Assembly: GCA_001780275.1 (NCBI GenBank)
Contig: MFGB01000008.1
Coordinates: 1-61,861 of the forward strand
Source of the DNA: Candidatus Falkowbacteria bacterium RIFOXYA2_FULL_47_19
Lineage (GTDB): Bacteria; Patescibacteriota; Patescibacteriia; Patescibacteriales; UBA12075
Direction: 5' to 3'
Length of the DNA: 61,861 bases
Shown: positions 19,775 through 29,480 of the stretch, one piece after another
How the letters are laid out: every line of letters starts with the position of its first letter
Numbering within the stretch: position 1 is the stretch's first letter
Program-made: the position numbers and the translations under genes
The notes under the pieces: model-generated
Seen by the model: the letters and a program-made list of their open reading frames with translations, nothing else
Databases searched by the model: none
Told to the model about the DNA's origin: nothing

Positions 19775-21526
19775 ATGTCAAATACTACGGAAAAAATCTG
19801 GCAGGTAATGCCGGAAATAGAAGATGATTTCGCGAAAAAATTCCCCGGTTTGGACCGGGTGGTTTTGCAGCTCCTCTATAACCGGGGTATAACCAGCGCG
19901 GAGAAAATAGAGGAATTTTTAAATCCTGATTTCGGGCGTTATTCGCATGATCCGTTTTTATTCCGGGATATGGAGGCGGCGACAGAATTGGTCATTAAAC
20001 ATATCAAGGCCAGAAATAAAATTACCGTTTTTGGCGATTATGACGCCGACGGCGTTACCGCGTCCGCGCTTTTATGCGAAATATTGCGAACACTCAAGGC
20101 GGAGGTCGATATTTATATCCCCGATCGGGTAAGCGAAGGTTACGGCATGAACGCCGGCGCGATCGATGAAGTGGCCGCCGGCGGCACGAAGCTTATAATT
20201 ACGGTCGACAACGGCATCCGTAATAAGAAGGAGATCGATCATGCCCGGAGCCTGGGCGTGGACGTGATATTAACCGACCATCATATCCCCCCGGACAAGA
20301 AAGAAGATTATCCGGCCGGACCCGTGATCAACCCGATCGTAGAGAGCGAAACTTATCCTTTTAAGTATTTAGCGGGAGTGGGAGTGGCATTTAAACTTGC
20401 CCAAGCCCTTGTCTTCCGGTCTAAATTAAGCGAAGCCGATAAAGAAAAATTGATAGCCGGAGTCATGGATCTTGTGGCCATCGGGACGGTAGCGGATATG
20501 GTAAGACTTAAGGGTGAAAACCGGATATTGGTGGAAAGAGGTCTAAAGGCGCTTGACCGGACCGGAAGGATCGGCCTCGTCGAACTTATCAAGGCTGCCC
20601 AGATAAATAACGGCAAGGCGCTCGATTCCTGGAATATAAGTTTCCAGATCGCTCCGCGCCTGAACGCGGCCGGGCGCATGGATCACGCCAATACCGCTTT
20701 TGAACTTTTGATCACTAAGGATAAGACGGAGGCCGAAACCCTGGCTCGCCGTTTAAATAGCCGCAATCAGGATCGCCAAGAGGATACGGAAGAGATTTTC
20801 CAGGAAATCGACAGCCGGATAGATCCGGCTGATCCGGGATTTATCATAGCGAGCGTTTATGACGGAGCGGAGGACAGGGCCTGGAACGAGGGCCTGATCG
20901 GCCTCGTGGCCGGAAAGATCTGCGAAAAATATCACCGTCCTGCCCTGACGATAACGAAAACCAAAAACGGTTATAAAGGCTCCGGCCGCAGTGTTCCGGA
21001 ATTCAACTTGATCGAAGCCATCGAGGAATGTTCGGCGGTATTGGAAAAATACGGCGGCCATCCGGCGGCCTGCGGCTTTAGCCTCGCTTCCGGCAATCTG
21101 GAAAAATTTAAAAGCCTTATAACCGATCTGGCCGCTAAAAAACTGGTTTTAGCGGATTTAAGGCCGAAGATAAAGATCGACGCCGAACTTGATTTTAGCG
21201 CGGTTAACGATGATCTGGCTGAAACGATAAAGAGATTCGAGCCGTACGGCCAAGGCAACATCCAGCCTAAATTCATGAGCCGGGCGGTCAGAATCGTCGA
21301 TATCCGTAATATGGGAATGGACGGCCAGCACATAAAATTGCGGCTTAAAAGCGCCGGTTCTCTTCCGATAAACGCTATCGGCTTCGGCCAGGCGGAGAAA
21401 TGGCGGGACTTGCGCTTGGGAGACGAAATTGATATAGTGTATTATGTGGAAATCAACGAATTTAACGGCCGGCGGGAAGCGCAGGCCAAGATCGTGGACA
21501 TTAAATCTTCCTCTCATAACTCGTAA
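19775..21526 (+). CDS. recJ: Single-stranded DNA exonuclease RecJ
   Basis: GDYDADG, TVDNG, TDHH, GTVAD, PRLNAAGR, GSGRS, GGHPAACG, EPYGQGN. Confidence 0.97.
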   Translation: MSNTTEKIWQVMPEIEDDFAKKFPGLDRVVLQLLYNRGITSAEKIEEFLNPDFGRYSHDPFLFRDMEAATELVIKHIKARNKITVFGDYDADGVTASALLCEILRTLKAEVDIYIPDRVSEGYGMNAGAIDEVAAGGTKLIITVDNGIRNKKEIDHARSLGVDVILTDHHIPPDKKEDYPAGPVINPIVESETYPFKYLAGVGVAFKLAQALVFRSKLSEADKEKLIAGVMDLVAIGTVADMVRLKGENRILVERGLKALDRTGRIGLVELIKAAQINNGKALDSWNISFQIAPRLNAAGRMDHANTAFELLITKDKTEAETLARRLNSRNQDRQEDTEEIFQEIDSRIDPADPGFIIASVYDGAEDRAWNEGLIGLVAGKICEKYHRPALTITKTKNGYKGSGRSVPEFNLIEAIEECSAVLEKYGGHPAACGFSLASGNLEKFKSLITDLAAKKLVLADLRPKIKIDAELDFSAVNDDLAETIKRFEPYGQGNIQPKFMSRAVRIVDIRNMGMDGQHIKLRLKSAGSLPINAIGFGQAEKWRDLRLGDEIDIVYYVEINEFNGRREAQAKIVDIKSSSHNS

Positions 21527-21684
21527 CTCATAACGCATAACTTAGCGGTTTTCGGGACAAGTTCGATAAACATGTCCATGCGCAAATCAATCTACAAATA
21601 AATCATCCATGAGATTACAAAAATTTTTTCTATAAAGAGTTACGAGTTAAGAGTTTCAAGTTACGAGAAATTATGAGTTATGAG
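21513..21684. repeat. Inverted pair of heptamer arrays (CTCRTAA)n ... (TTAYGAG)n
   Basis: ctcataa ctcgtaa ctcataa cgcataa (21513-21540) and ttacgag ttaagag tttcaag ttacgag..ttatgag ttatgag (21640-21684). Contains the recJ stop and the RNase H start. Confidence 0.85.
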
Positions 21685-22098
21685 AAATTAATAATATATA
21701 CAGATGGCGGGGCGCGGGGAAACCCGGGACCGGCCGGAATCGGCGCGGTTCTAAAGACTGAAGCCGGGGAGGTTGTGGCCGAGATTTCGGAATATTTAGG
21801 CGTGGCCACGAATAATCAGGCGGAATACAAGGCTGTGGTCGCGGCCATAAAAAAGGCCAAAGAACTGGGAGCATCAGAGCTGGATTTCTTTTTGGACAGC
21901 GAATTAGTGGTTAAACAGCTCAATCGGGAATATAAAGTAAAGAACCACGACCTGGCGCCTCTGTTCGTGCAGATCTATAACGCGATCATGGGATTTAAAA
22001 AAGTCGTATTTAGGCATGTCCCGCGGGAACAAAACAAAGAAGCCGACAAGTTGGCCAATTTGGCCATGGATAAAGCGGGAAGTTTTACGAGTACATAA
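21673..22098 (+). CDS. rnhA: Ribonuclease HI family protein
   Basis: YTDGGARGNPGPAG, TNNQAEY, DSELVVKQL, HVPREQNKEADKLAN. Confidence 0.9.
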   Translation: MSYEKLIIYTDGGARGNPGPAGIGAVLKTEAGEVVAEISEYLGVATNNQAEYKAVVAAIKKAKELGASELDFFLDSELVVKQLNREYKVKNHDLAPLFVQIYNAIMGFKKVVFRHVPREQNKEADKLANLAMDKAGSFTST

Positions 22099-22103
22099 TT
22101 TTT

Positions 22104-22193
22104 TGTCGTTTTGATCGAAGGGAGAAAACTTTAATACATGACCGGTGGCACCGGTAACGTATTATAGATCTCTCGCTGACGCTCGAGATGACA
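22104..22193. repeat. TGTC...TGACA-bounded palindromic (REP/RPE-like) element
   Basis: Left TGTCGTTTTGATCGAAGGGAGAAAACT and right AGATCTCTCGCTGACGCTCGAGATGACA are imperfect inverted repeats. Confidence 0.55.
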
Positions 22194-22203
22194 AAAGCAA
22201 ATC

Positions 22204-22280
<77 letters not shown>

Positions 22281-22283
22281 AAG

Positions 22284-22320
22284 GATTTCCGAATGCCGAT
22301 TGCCGATTTTCGATTTGATT
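22284..22320. repeat. Heptamer array (GATTKYC)n just downstream of the tRNA
   Basis: gatttcc gaatgcc gattgcc gattttc gatttga; same unit as the insert inside miaA. Confidence 0.75.
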
Positions 22321-22391
22321 ATAAATAAATAATTTATATAATTTTCATGAAATTGTACCTTGAAAAAAATTTCAAAAAAAGGAGATGATCA

Positions 22392-22715
22392 ATGAGCGAG
22401 GCATTGAAGGCGCCGATATGGCTGACTTTAATAATTTTTGCAGTCGTTTTTTTGGTCGCGGCTTACCGGGATCGTCGCCAAAAACGAATCTGGAAAGAAA
22501 TTCAAGCAACGAACGAAAGTTTTGTTGAAGCATGCGGGAATACGGAGCGCCCGAAATACAAATGTCCGCATTGCGGCAGCCGCAAGAACAGTTTTTATGC
22601 CAGCGATAGCGACATGGGCCACGGACCGAGATTCAATGTTTATAAGTGCGAGTGCGGCCGTTATTTCGACGAACCGCCTTCAGGAAAAAACGATGTCGGT
22701 CTTCGCCGCGATTAA
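22392..22715 (+). CDS. Hypothetical protein with TM helix and Zn-ribbon
   Basis: SD AAAGGAG; TM helix, then CPHCGS ... YKCECG. Confidence 0.7.
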   Translation: MSEALKAPIWLTLIIFAVVFLVAAYRDRRQKRIWKEIQATNESFVEACGNTERPKYKCPHCGSRKNSFYASDSDMGHGPRFNVYKCECGRYFDEPPSGKNDVGLRRD

Positions 22716-22734
22716 CAGAAAGAGGAAAACATCA

Positions 22735-23046
22735 ATGAAAAAAGTTTTTGAATGGCCGTATTGGTTGTTGGGGGGAACGATCAGTCTTGTCACATTAAGC
22801 GCATTGCTTTGCGTGATCGCGTTCGCCCCCTTATCCGTATGCGAGGGACCACTCGGGCTTGTATGGTTCGCGATTTCAATTCCAGCCATAATCGTGTCAG
22901 CCCACATGGGTTTTCTCACCGACGCTATAGTTAATATCGGATTTGGATATGAAAGCACCGGTTATAGCATATATGTCGTATTCTTGTTCTATTATTTTTT
23001 TATTGGCGCGTTTTCGGGCTGGATAGTCGGTATATTTAAAAAATAA
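22735..23046 (+). CDS. Hypothetical membrane protein
   Basis: Likely start MKKVFEWPYW after SD-like GAGG; about three TM segments. Confidence 0.65.
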   Translation: MKKVFEWPYWLLGGTISLVTLSALLCVIAFAPLSVCEGPLGLVWFAISIPAIIVSAHMGFLTDAIVNIGFGYESTGYSIYVVFLFYYFFIGAFSGWIVGIFKK

Positions 23047-23224
23047 GAATAAAACATTCATTATTAAACATTCAACAGGAATTTATATTCCTGTTTTTTT
23101 ATTACCGTAACAAATAACGAATAGATTTGTATTATATTACAGATAGTTTAAAAATATGTTATAATGACAGCATGATCTCCTCTTTGGCGAATTCATATAT
23201 TTTTTATTAAACTAAAAACAAATT

Positions 23225-25096
23225 ATGTTTAAAAAATCATTGTTTACCATGCTGATAGCGATTTTTGTGCTATCAACGGCCATTGTTTCCCCGGCCAATG
23301 CGGAGGAGAGTGTATGCGGTATGGACGGCAACACCTACGTGTCCGCGGAAGCGGCCGAAGCAGCCGGTGTGGACGTTTCTTACGAATTTGCCTGCACAAA
23401 TCCGACTTCCGAAACAAGCCTTTACGAAGCCAAATCTGACATCAAATTCGTCGGTATGCTCGTAGAGATCGGCTCCACTGATGTTCCGACCACAATTATA
23501 GTGCGTCCGAACGAAGGCGGCCTTGACCGAACCGTCGAAGTAACCGCCAATACTCTTTTAGGACGCAAAAATGACGGTTATACAAAACTGGAAAACTGGA
23601 TACCCGGCGACCAGATAACGGTTGTCGGCAAAAATAATGAAAATACCGATGTCGTCGAAGCCGCTATCCTGGTAAATCATTCAATAAAATTTGAAAAAAA
23701 CCGCGGCATTAACGGCTGGATCACAGTAATAGATAAGGATACCAAGACCATAAAATATCAATGGGCAAACAAAGAATACAGTTTTAAATACGATGATAAT
23801 ACCCGTTTCGTTGCCGCCGGCAAAAATCCGGCCTCGGTCGACGACCTCGTTATAAACGACCGTATCCGCGGCCGTCTGGAACGGACAAGAGCCGGCAGTG
23901 ATTCAAGTTCCGATCTGGCCAAGATCGTTTTAGTGCTTCGGCGCGGCGAGGATCTTTTTATGAAGATCCGTACTTTCCGGCCAATAGTCACTTTAGTCCG
24001 GCTGGATTCCACGATCATCCCGACCACGATCCAGGTCAAGATGGAAGCGACTCCCGGTATCCGCGCGAACGATGTCAATAACCTGATTGGCGCGGAAGGC
24101 ACTTTAATTACAGTCAATATTGATGAAAACACGAAATTAACGCGCAAATATTTCGGGGAAACGACTTTAAGCGAATTTTCAGTTGGGGATAAACTGCAAT
24201 TGGTCGGCCGGGTGAACGATGACGGCACCGTGGACGCGAAACTTATAAAAAACAACTCTATCTGGAAAACGACGACCCAGGGCCATGCCGGCGTAGTCAC
24301 GGAAGTTAACTCTGCCGGAAGCTACCTGATGGTCAACTGGATGCCCTATAAACATATTACCCGGAAACAGCTCCGGGAAAAATTGGAAGACCTCGATAAT
24401 ACCGTAACAGCACAGACAGTAAGCGATGACACCAGCGCTACGGGCACGAAAATGACCCTGCGGGAACGTTTAAGGAATCAGCTGACGGCCGCCAAAGAAA
24501 AGATCGGTAAATTCACGAGAGAAGTAAAGCGGAAGATCGTGGAGATCGCCCGTATTAAGCATCAGGGCCTTAAGCTCAAAGACCTTGTCCAGCGCCTCCC
24601 GGTCAAAAAGATCAAAGTTCTGGTCACTGCCGACACAGAGATAATCATCGGCACGAACGCCAACGCAGTAATAACCGATATAAAAAACGGCGACAAGGTC
24701 AGGATGCGCGGCGTTTGGAGCGTGAACGATAAGGAATTTACGGCCGAAACGATCGTAGTGGTGAATTCGCTTCCCGAGGTGGAAGAGGATTTAAATACGC
24801 CGCTGGACGAGGTGAACGAAGTGGCGGACGAGATCGTGACCGACGATACAGATAACGCCATCGTCGACGATACGACAAGCGACACCGAAGAAGAGGTTTT
24901 GGCCTGCAAGGCCGAGGGTGAATCGATCCCGGTGATCGCCAACCCGCCGGTCTGCTGTACCGGGCTCACGCTTATTCCGGTCATGACCGAGGGGCTTTTG
25001 GGGAGTTCCGGCATCTGCACGGCCCTCTGCGGCAACGGCACATGCGACACAGCAACGGAAACCCACTATAATTGTCCGGCCGACTGCGCGGAATAA
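23225..25096 (+). CDS. Secreted protein with repeated OB-fold-like (DUF5666-like) units and Cys-rich termini
   Basis: Signal peptide ending ANA; repeated 'GD.I/V.V.G' units; Kazal-like VCGMDGNTY..C; C-terminal CGNGTC....E...NCPADC. Confidence 0.75.
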   Translation: MFKKSLFTMLIAIFVLSTAIVSPANAEESVCGMDGNTYVSAEAAEAAGVDVSYEFACTNPTSETSLYEAKSDIKFVGMLVEIGSTDVPTTIIVRPNEGGLDRTVEVTANTLLGRKNDGYTKLENWIPGDQITVVGKNNENTDVVEAAILVNHSIKFEKNRGINGWITVIDKDTKTIKYQWANKEYSFKYDDNTRFVAAGKNPASVDDLVINDRIRGRLERTRAGSDSSSDLAKIVLVLRRGEDLFMKIRTFRPIVTLVRLDSTIIPTTIQVKMEATPGIRANDVNNLIGAEGTLITVNIDENTKLTRKYFGETTLSEFSVGDKLQLVGRVNDDGTVDAKLIKNNSIWKTTTQGHAGVVTEVNSAGSYLMVNWMPYKHITRKQLREKLEDLDNTVTAQTVSDDTSATGTKMTLRERLRNQLTAAKEKIGKFTREVKRKIVEIARIKHQGLKLKDLVQRLPVKKIKVLVTADTEIIIGTNANAVITDIKNGDKVRMRGVWSVNDKEFTAETIVVVNSLPEVEEDLNTPLDEVNEVADEIVTDDTDNAIVDDTTSDTEEEVLACKAEGESIPVIANPPVCCTGLTLIPVMTEGLLGSSGICTALCGNGTCDTATETHYNCPADCAE

Positions 25097-25124
25097 AAAT
25101 CACCAGATAAATACAAAGATGCGT

Positions 25125-25153
25125 GTAGAGACGCCCCGGCGGGGCGTCTCTGC
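25125..25153. repeat. GTAG-type REP-like palindrome
   Basis: GTAGAGACGCCCCG-GCG-GGGCGTCTCTGC between convergent genes. Confidence 0.6.
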
Positions 25154-25203
25154 TGCGTTTTTGCATAAAAAAAACCGGCAAGTTTTTGCCGGCGAGGGAT
25201 AAA

Positions 25204-25668
25204 TCAGATAAGCTTTTGGTCGTGCGGATAGTAGTGGCTTTGCTTTTGGGGCATTTCTTTCGGGATGTGCCAATGCCGGCGCCATTCGTTTATGGCCATT
25301 TGCCGGCGGGCGAACAATTCAAGACCGGTCGTAATATTATTTATCTCGTCCGGTCGGAGGGTTAAAGCCGTGATCGCGTCACTGGGGGCGAAGTGTACAT
25401 TATATTTTTCCATCTCCTCGGCTAAAAGGGAGGCTATCCAGCGGAGGTATTTTTCTCCGGTTTCGCTTAAGAATACGAGCGGATCGGATTCGCTCCGATT
25501 GTATTTTTCCAAAAACAGGGTTTTTTCTTCTTCTAGCTGGGCCATAAAGGCCTGTAGTTGAAAAAGCAGCTGATCATGCCCTGAAAAAAGTTCCTCGATC
25601 TTTCGGGCGCAATCCTTCGCGAGATCAATGTTAAAAAGCGTCATTTCTTTTGTTTGCAAGCAAAGCAT
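25204..25668 (-). CDS. Hypothetical protein
   Basis: 154 aa, SD AAGGAGG. Confidence 0.7.
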   Translation of the reverse strand: MLCLQTKEMTLFNIDLAKDCARKIEELFSGHDQLLFQLQAFMAQLEEEKTLFLEKYNRSESDPLVFLSETGEKYLRWIASLLAEEMEKYNVHFAPSDAITALTLRPDEINNITTGLELFARRQMAINEWRRHWHIPKEMPQKQSHYYPHDQKLI

Positions 25669-25891
25669 ATCTGCCTCCTTTTTTTTCGGTTGCCGATGAC
25701 CTTAAGCTTTTTTTGCCTCCTTTCGTTAATTGTCGGTAGTTTTTTAGCTATCCGAGATATATAAGTTTTTTGTGTCCGTTCGCGGCCGCAAAACTATAGA
25801 GCTATATTAACATTATTTTTTATATTGTCAAGCCGGGCGTTTTAAAATAAAGAAGCGGAATTTATTCCGCTTCGCGTTATTTGTTGTCTTG

Positions 25892-26074
25892 TTAATTGCC
25901 GTGCGGGTCGCGGCCGCCCTTCTGACCGGGACAGCCTCCGCCGGGACAGCCCCCGCCGCCGCAACGGCCGGCGCTACCGTCCTTTTTTTGGGTTCCGTCG
26001 CAGCCGTCCTGGCCGCAATTGCCGCCTTGGTGGCAATTACCGGGGCACCCCCCCTTTTTCTCCTCTTCCGCCAT
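25892..26074 (-). CDS. 60-aa Gly/Cys-rich small protein
   Basis: MAEEEKKGGCPGNCHQGGNCGQDGCDG...RCGGGGCPGGGCPGQ...; seven Cys; SD AAGGAAGG upstream of the ATG. Confidence 0.6.
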   Translation of the reverse strand: MAEEEKKGGCPGNCHQGGNCGQDGCDGTQKKDGSAGRCGGGGCPGGGCPGQKGGRDPHGN

Positions 26075-26166
26075 AACTTCCTTCCTTTCTCCCTTAAGGT
26101 TAAACCGTTTAAAATATTCGGGCTTGAGCCCAGACGATTTAATCTTAGCAGGAAGATAGGTGTTAG

Positions 26167-26349
26167 TCAATATCGGGCAGGGGAGGGGCGCAGGGCGAGA
26201 AACAGGCTTGTGCCAACAGCGTACATAATGAGCGAGAGCCCCCAGGAAAGCATAGTCCAGTTAAAGAAGATGAGTGCCGGTTTAGCGGATAGAAACACCG
26301 CCAAGACGATCGCGGCCGGGATCAGGGGCCATAATAAGGCGTTTTTCAT
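26167..26349 (-). CDS. Small 2-TM membrane protein
   Basis: 60 aa, SD AGGA, hydrophobic; TTGACA promoter upstream on the minus strand (~26421-26426). Confidence 0.55.
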   Translation of the reverse strand: MKNALLWPLIPAAIVLAVFLSAKPALIFFNWTMLSWGLSLIMYAVGTSLFLALRPSPARY

Positions 26350-26473
26350 GTATTTTTCCTTTCTTCTGATTTTTGTGTTTTGATGAGCTAATATTTAATA
26401 CTAACATATTATTTTATTTTTGTCAAGTAAAAATATTGAATTTTTTCGCTAAACCTGTTAATATAAGGCTTGT

Positions 26474-27808
26474 ATGAAAACTTTCCATATAATTACTATC
26501 GGCTGTCAGATGAATAAATCCGATAGCGAGCGAATTGCTTCTTATTTGGAGAATTTGGGCTTTATTTTGGCCGAAGAGAGGCCAAAAGCCGATCTTGTGA
26601 TAATAACCACCTGCGGGGTCCGGGCATCGGCGGAAAACCGTATTTTCGGCTTGATTCCGCGTATCCGTCAGGAAAATCCGGCTGTTAAGATCGTTTTAAC
26701 GGGATGTTTATCAAAAAGAGAAGATATTAAAAGGCGTGTCGGAAACACGGTTGACGCCTGGATGCCAATCGGAGAATTTTCAATTCTTGATAGTATGATT
26801 TCCGGCCAATATCCAATATCCAATATCCAATATTCCGGCGAACTTAGAAGTGGCGAGTATTTGAATGTCACACCTAAATATTCATCCAAACACAGTGCGT
26901 ATATCCCGATCGGCAACGGCTGTGATAATTATTGTACATACTGCGTCGTGCCGTACGCGCGCGGACGGGAAGTTTACCGGTCTGCTGACGATATTTTAAA
27001 AGAGGTTAAAGGTTTAGTGGAAAAGGGTTACAAAGAAATCAATCTGATCGCGCAGAATGTGAATAGTTACAGATATGACGAGAACACGCGGAAGAATGCT
27101 AATGACTTGAGTCGCGAACACGCTGATAAAGTAGATTTTGTTGATTTATTAAAAATGGTCAATGATATTCCCGGTAATTTTTGGGTCCGCTTTTCTTCCA
27201 GTCATCCCAAAGACATGAGCGATGAACTTATTAAGATCCTGCCGCAACTCACTAAAGTCTGCGAACACATCCACCTGCCGGCGCAGGCAGGCGATGATGA
27301 TGTATTAAGGGTTATGAACAGGAATTACACGATTGAGTATTATAAAGCTTTAATAAAAAAGATCAGGCAGGCAGTGCCGGGTGCGGCGATAACAACGGAC
27401 ATAATCGTCGGGTTTCCGGGCGAAACCAGGGAGCAATTTGCGAATACCCTGAAATTATTTAAAGAAGTAAAATTTGACATGGCCTATATTGCCCAGTATA
27501 GCCCCCGGCCGGGCACGGCGGCGGAGAAATTTGATGACAATGTGACCAAAGAAGAGAAGAAAAAAAGGGAAGAAGAGCTGACAGCGGTGCTCAGAAAAAC
27601 CGCTTTTGAAAATAACAGAAAATATTTAGGCAAGACCGTTGATATTTTAGTGGAAGGAAAAAACCGGCGGGGGAAATGGTTCGGGCGCACCAGAACGGAT
27701 AAGAACGTGGAAGTTAAAAGCGACAAGCTGGAAACCGGAAACGGGGAATTTATCAGGGTAAAAATTACGGAAGTAAGGGATTTTGGGATGAAGGGGGAGG
27801 TAATTTAA
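26474..27808 (+). CDS. miaB: tRNA-2-methylthio-N6-dimethylallyladenosine synthase
   Basis: GCQMNKSDSE, radical-SAM CDNYCTYC, SSHP, TTDIIVGFPGET, YSPRPGT and a C-terminal TRAM domain. Confidence 0.95.
   Translation: MKTFHIITIGCQMNKSDSERIASYLENLGFILAEERPKADLVIITTCGVRASAENRIFGLIPRIRQENPAVKIVLTGCLSKREDIKRRVGNTVDAWMPIGEFSILDSMISGQYPISNIQYSGELRSGEYLNVTPKYSSKHSAYIPIGNGCDNYCTYCVVPYARGREVYRSADDILKEVKGLVEKGYKEINLIAQNVNSYRYDENTRKNANDLSREHADKVDFVDLLKMVNDIPGNFWVRFSSSHPKDMSDELIKILPQLTKVCEHIHLPAQAGDDDVLRVMNRNYTIEYYKALIKKIRQAVPGAAITTDIIVGFPGETREQFANTLKLFKEVKFDMAYIAQYSPRPGTAAEKFDDNVTKEEKKKREEELTAVLRKTAFENNRKYLGKTVDILVEGKNRRGKWFGRTRTDKNVEVKSDKLETGNGEFIRVKITEVRDFGMKGEVI
26806..26833 (+). repeat. (CCAATAT)4 tandem repeat inside miaB
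   Basis: Four perfect copies encoding QYPISNIQY in the interdomain linker. Confidence 0.9.
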
Positions 27809-27819
27809 AAGCAAGAAGT

Positions 27820-28794
27820 ATGCCAAAAAAAACAAACAACAAAGTCATAGTGATCGTCGGCACGACGGCGAGCGGCAAAACCGGATTGGCGGTGGCTTTG
27901 GCGCATAAATATCACGGCGAAATAGTAAGCGCCGATTCACGGCAAGTCTATAAATACATGGATATCGGAACCGGCAAAGACCTTAAGGATTTTCGATTGC
28001 CGATTTTCGATTGCCGATTGAAGAAAACGAAAATCGTTCAAATACCATATCATCTTATAAGCATAATTCATCCAAATACGGAATATAATTTAGCGAAATG
28101 GTATAAGGCGGCGAATAAGGCGATAAAGGATATTTTGGGGCGGGGGAGATTGCCGATCGTCGCTGGGGGAACGGGTTTATACGCGCAGGCGCTCACGGAC
28201 GGCTTTGATTTATCGCCGGTAAAACCCGATAAGATGCTTAGAGAAAAATTAGAGGCAAAAACGGCCGAACAGTTATTCGCTCGGCTCAGGCGTTTAAATG
28301 AAGAATTTGCGGATGGTTTGCACGAGAGTGATAAAAAAAATAAGAGAAGATTGATGCGTTATATTGAGATAAAACAACTTGGTCAAGAAGAAGCTGAGCT
28401 TCCCATGGGAAGCTCAGCTTCTAAAACGGATTATAATTTTTTGTTGTTGGGTATTACCTGGCCGCGGGAAGTTTTACGGGAACGGATATATAAGCGTTTA
28501 GTGGAGAGATTAGAAAAAGAAGATATGGTCGGCGAAGTGGAGCGATTGCATAAAAATCATGGGGTAAGCTGGCGCCGGCTGGCCAGTTTCGGTTTGGAAT
28601 ATAAATATATTTCTCTTTATCTGCGGAAAGAAATTGATTACGGTAAGATGATAGAACTCTTAAATATCGCCATCGGGCAATTCGCCAAACGGCAGATGAC
28701 CTGGCTTAGGCGCTGGGAGCGGCAGGGCGGAGAGATCAACTGGGTAAAAAACCAAAAAGAAGCGGAGAAATTGATAAAAAACTTCATAAAATAA
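27820..28794 (+). CDS. miaA: tRNA dimethylallyltransferase
   Basis: GTTASGKT, SADSRQVY..MDIGTGK, GGTGLY, GLEY, FAKRQMTW. Confidence 0.95.
   Translation: MPKKTNNKVIVIVGTTASGKTGLAVALAHKYHGEIVSADSRQVYKYMDIGTGKDLKDFRLPIFDCRLKKTKIVQIPYHLISIIHPNTEYNLAKWYKAANKAIKDILGRGRLPIVAGGTGLYAQALTDGFDLSPVKPDKMLREKLEAKTAEQLFARLRRLNEEFADGLHESDKKNKRRLMRYIEIKQLGQEEAELPMGSSASKTDYNFLLLGITWPREVLRERIYKRLVERLEKEDMVGEVERLHKNHGVSWRRLASFGLEYKYISLYLRKEIDYGKMIELLNIAIGQFAKRQMTWLRRWERQGGEINWVKNQKEAEKLIKNFIK
27988..28020 (+). repeat. Heptamer array inside miaA
   Basis: gattttc gattgcc gattttc gattgcc gattg, encoding DFRLPIFDCRL. Confidence 0.85.
28389..28422. repeat. Perfect 34-bp palindrome inside miaA
   Basis: AGAAGCTGAGCTTCCCA|TGGGAAGCTCAGCTTCT, encoding EAELPMGSSAS. 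Confidence 0.9.
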
Positions 28795-28834
28795 TTTTGT
28801 TTTTTTAAAAATCAAAAAATAGAGGGGATTAAAA

Positions 28835-29290
28835 ATGGACGAAGCGAACAAGGAAATGGAAAGATCCGCCAAAAGGCTTGTGGGATTACTGGGACGAAAA
28901 ACTGTCAATGCCGCAACCCTGGAAGAATTGGAAAACGGTGTTGACGAATTAATGATCGATGCCGGAGCATTGATCACAAAAACCATGAATTACAGCAAAG
29001 ACAGAAAAGAAGAATGGCAAAAGATCCAAAAATTATCCCAGAAGAAAAAAATGGCGGACAGGGTCGCGCTGGGGCGGGTTTCCGGCTGCGAGTTTGAAGC
29101 TGTTGTCAAAGACAATTCTCTGGAGATAAAATTCAAAACCTTCGGCCAGCGGCTGAACATAAACCTTATTAGCGGAGAGTTTACCGGCGGCAACAGTCTT
29201 GATATTATTTACGCGCTTTCCATCAGCCCGAGAATTTTTGAGCCGGTTTACTGGCAGGATTTTTTTAAAAAGGCTTCTCAAAAAGGCTAA
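28835..29290 (+). CDS. Hypothetical protein
   Basis: 151 aa, SD GAGGGG, hairpin downstream at ~29298-29327. Confidence 0.7.
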   Translation: MDEANKEMERSAKRLVGLLGRKTVNAATLEELENGVDELMIDAGALITKTMNYSKDRKEEWQKIQKLSQKKKMADRVALGRVSGCEFEAVVKDNSLEIKFKTFGQRLNINLISGEFTGGNSLDIIYALSISPRIFEPVYWQDFFKKASQKG

Positions 29291-29391
29291 AAACAAGACG
29301 ATTCAGAAACGACTGAATCGTTTTTTATTATTATATATTACATATTTTTTCCGGCCCAGTGGGCTTGAGTATTTTAAAAATTAACAAGTAA

Positions 29392-29420
29392 TTGACAAAT
29401 AACAAGTTTTTTGTTATATT
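29392..29420 (+). promoter_or_regulatory. sigma70-type promoter for the paralog pair
   Basis: TTGACA-17 bp-TATATT with extended TG. Confidence 0.6.
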
Positions 29421-29480
29421 AAAAAATCAATAAGATTAAATTTTTGTTGTTTAAAAATTGATTAATGAAAGGAAAAACAA

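Noticed and set aside
25889-26383. 164-aa plus-strand ORF
   Set aside because: TTG start without SD; it is the antisense shadow of two SD-led minus-strand small genes.
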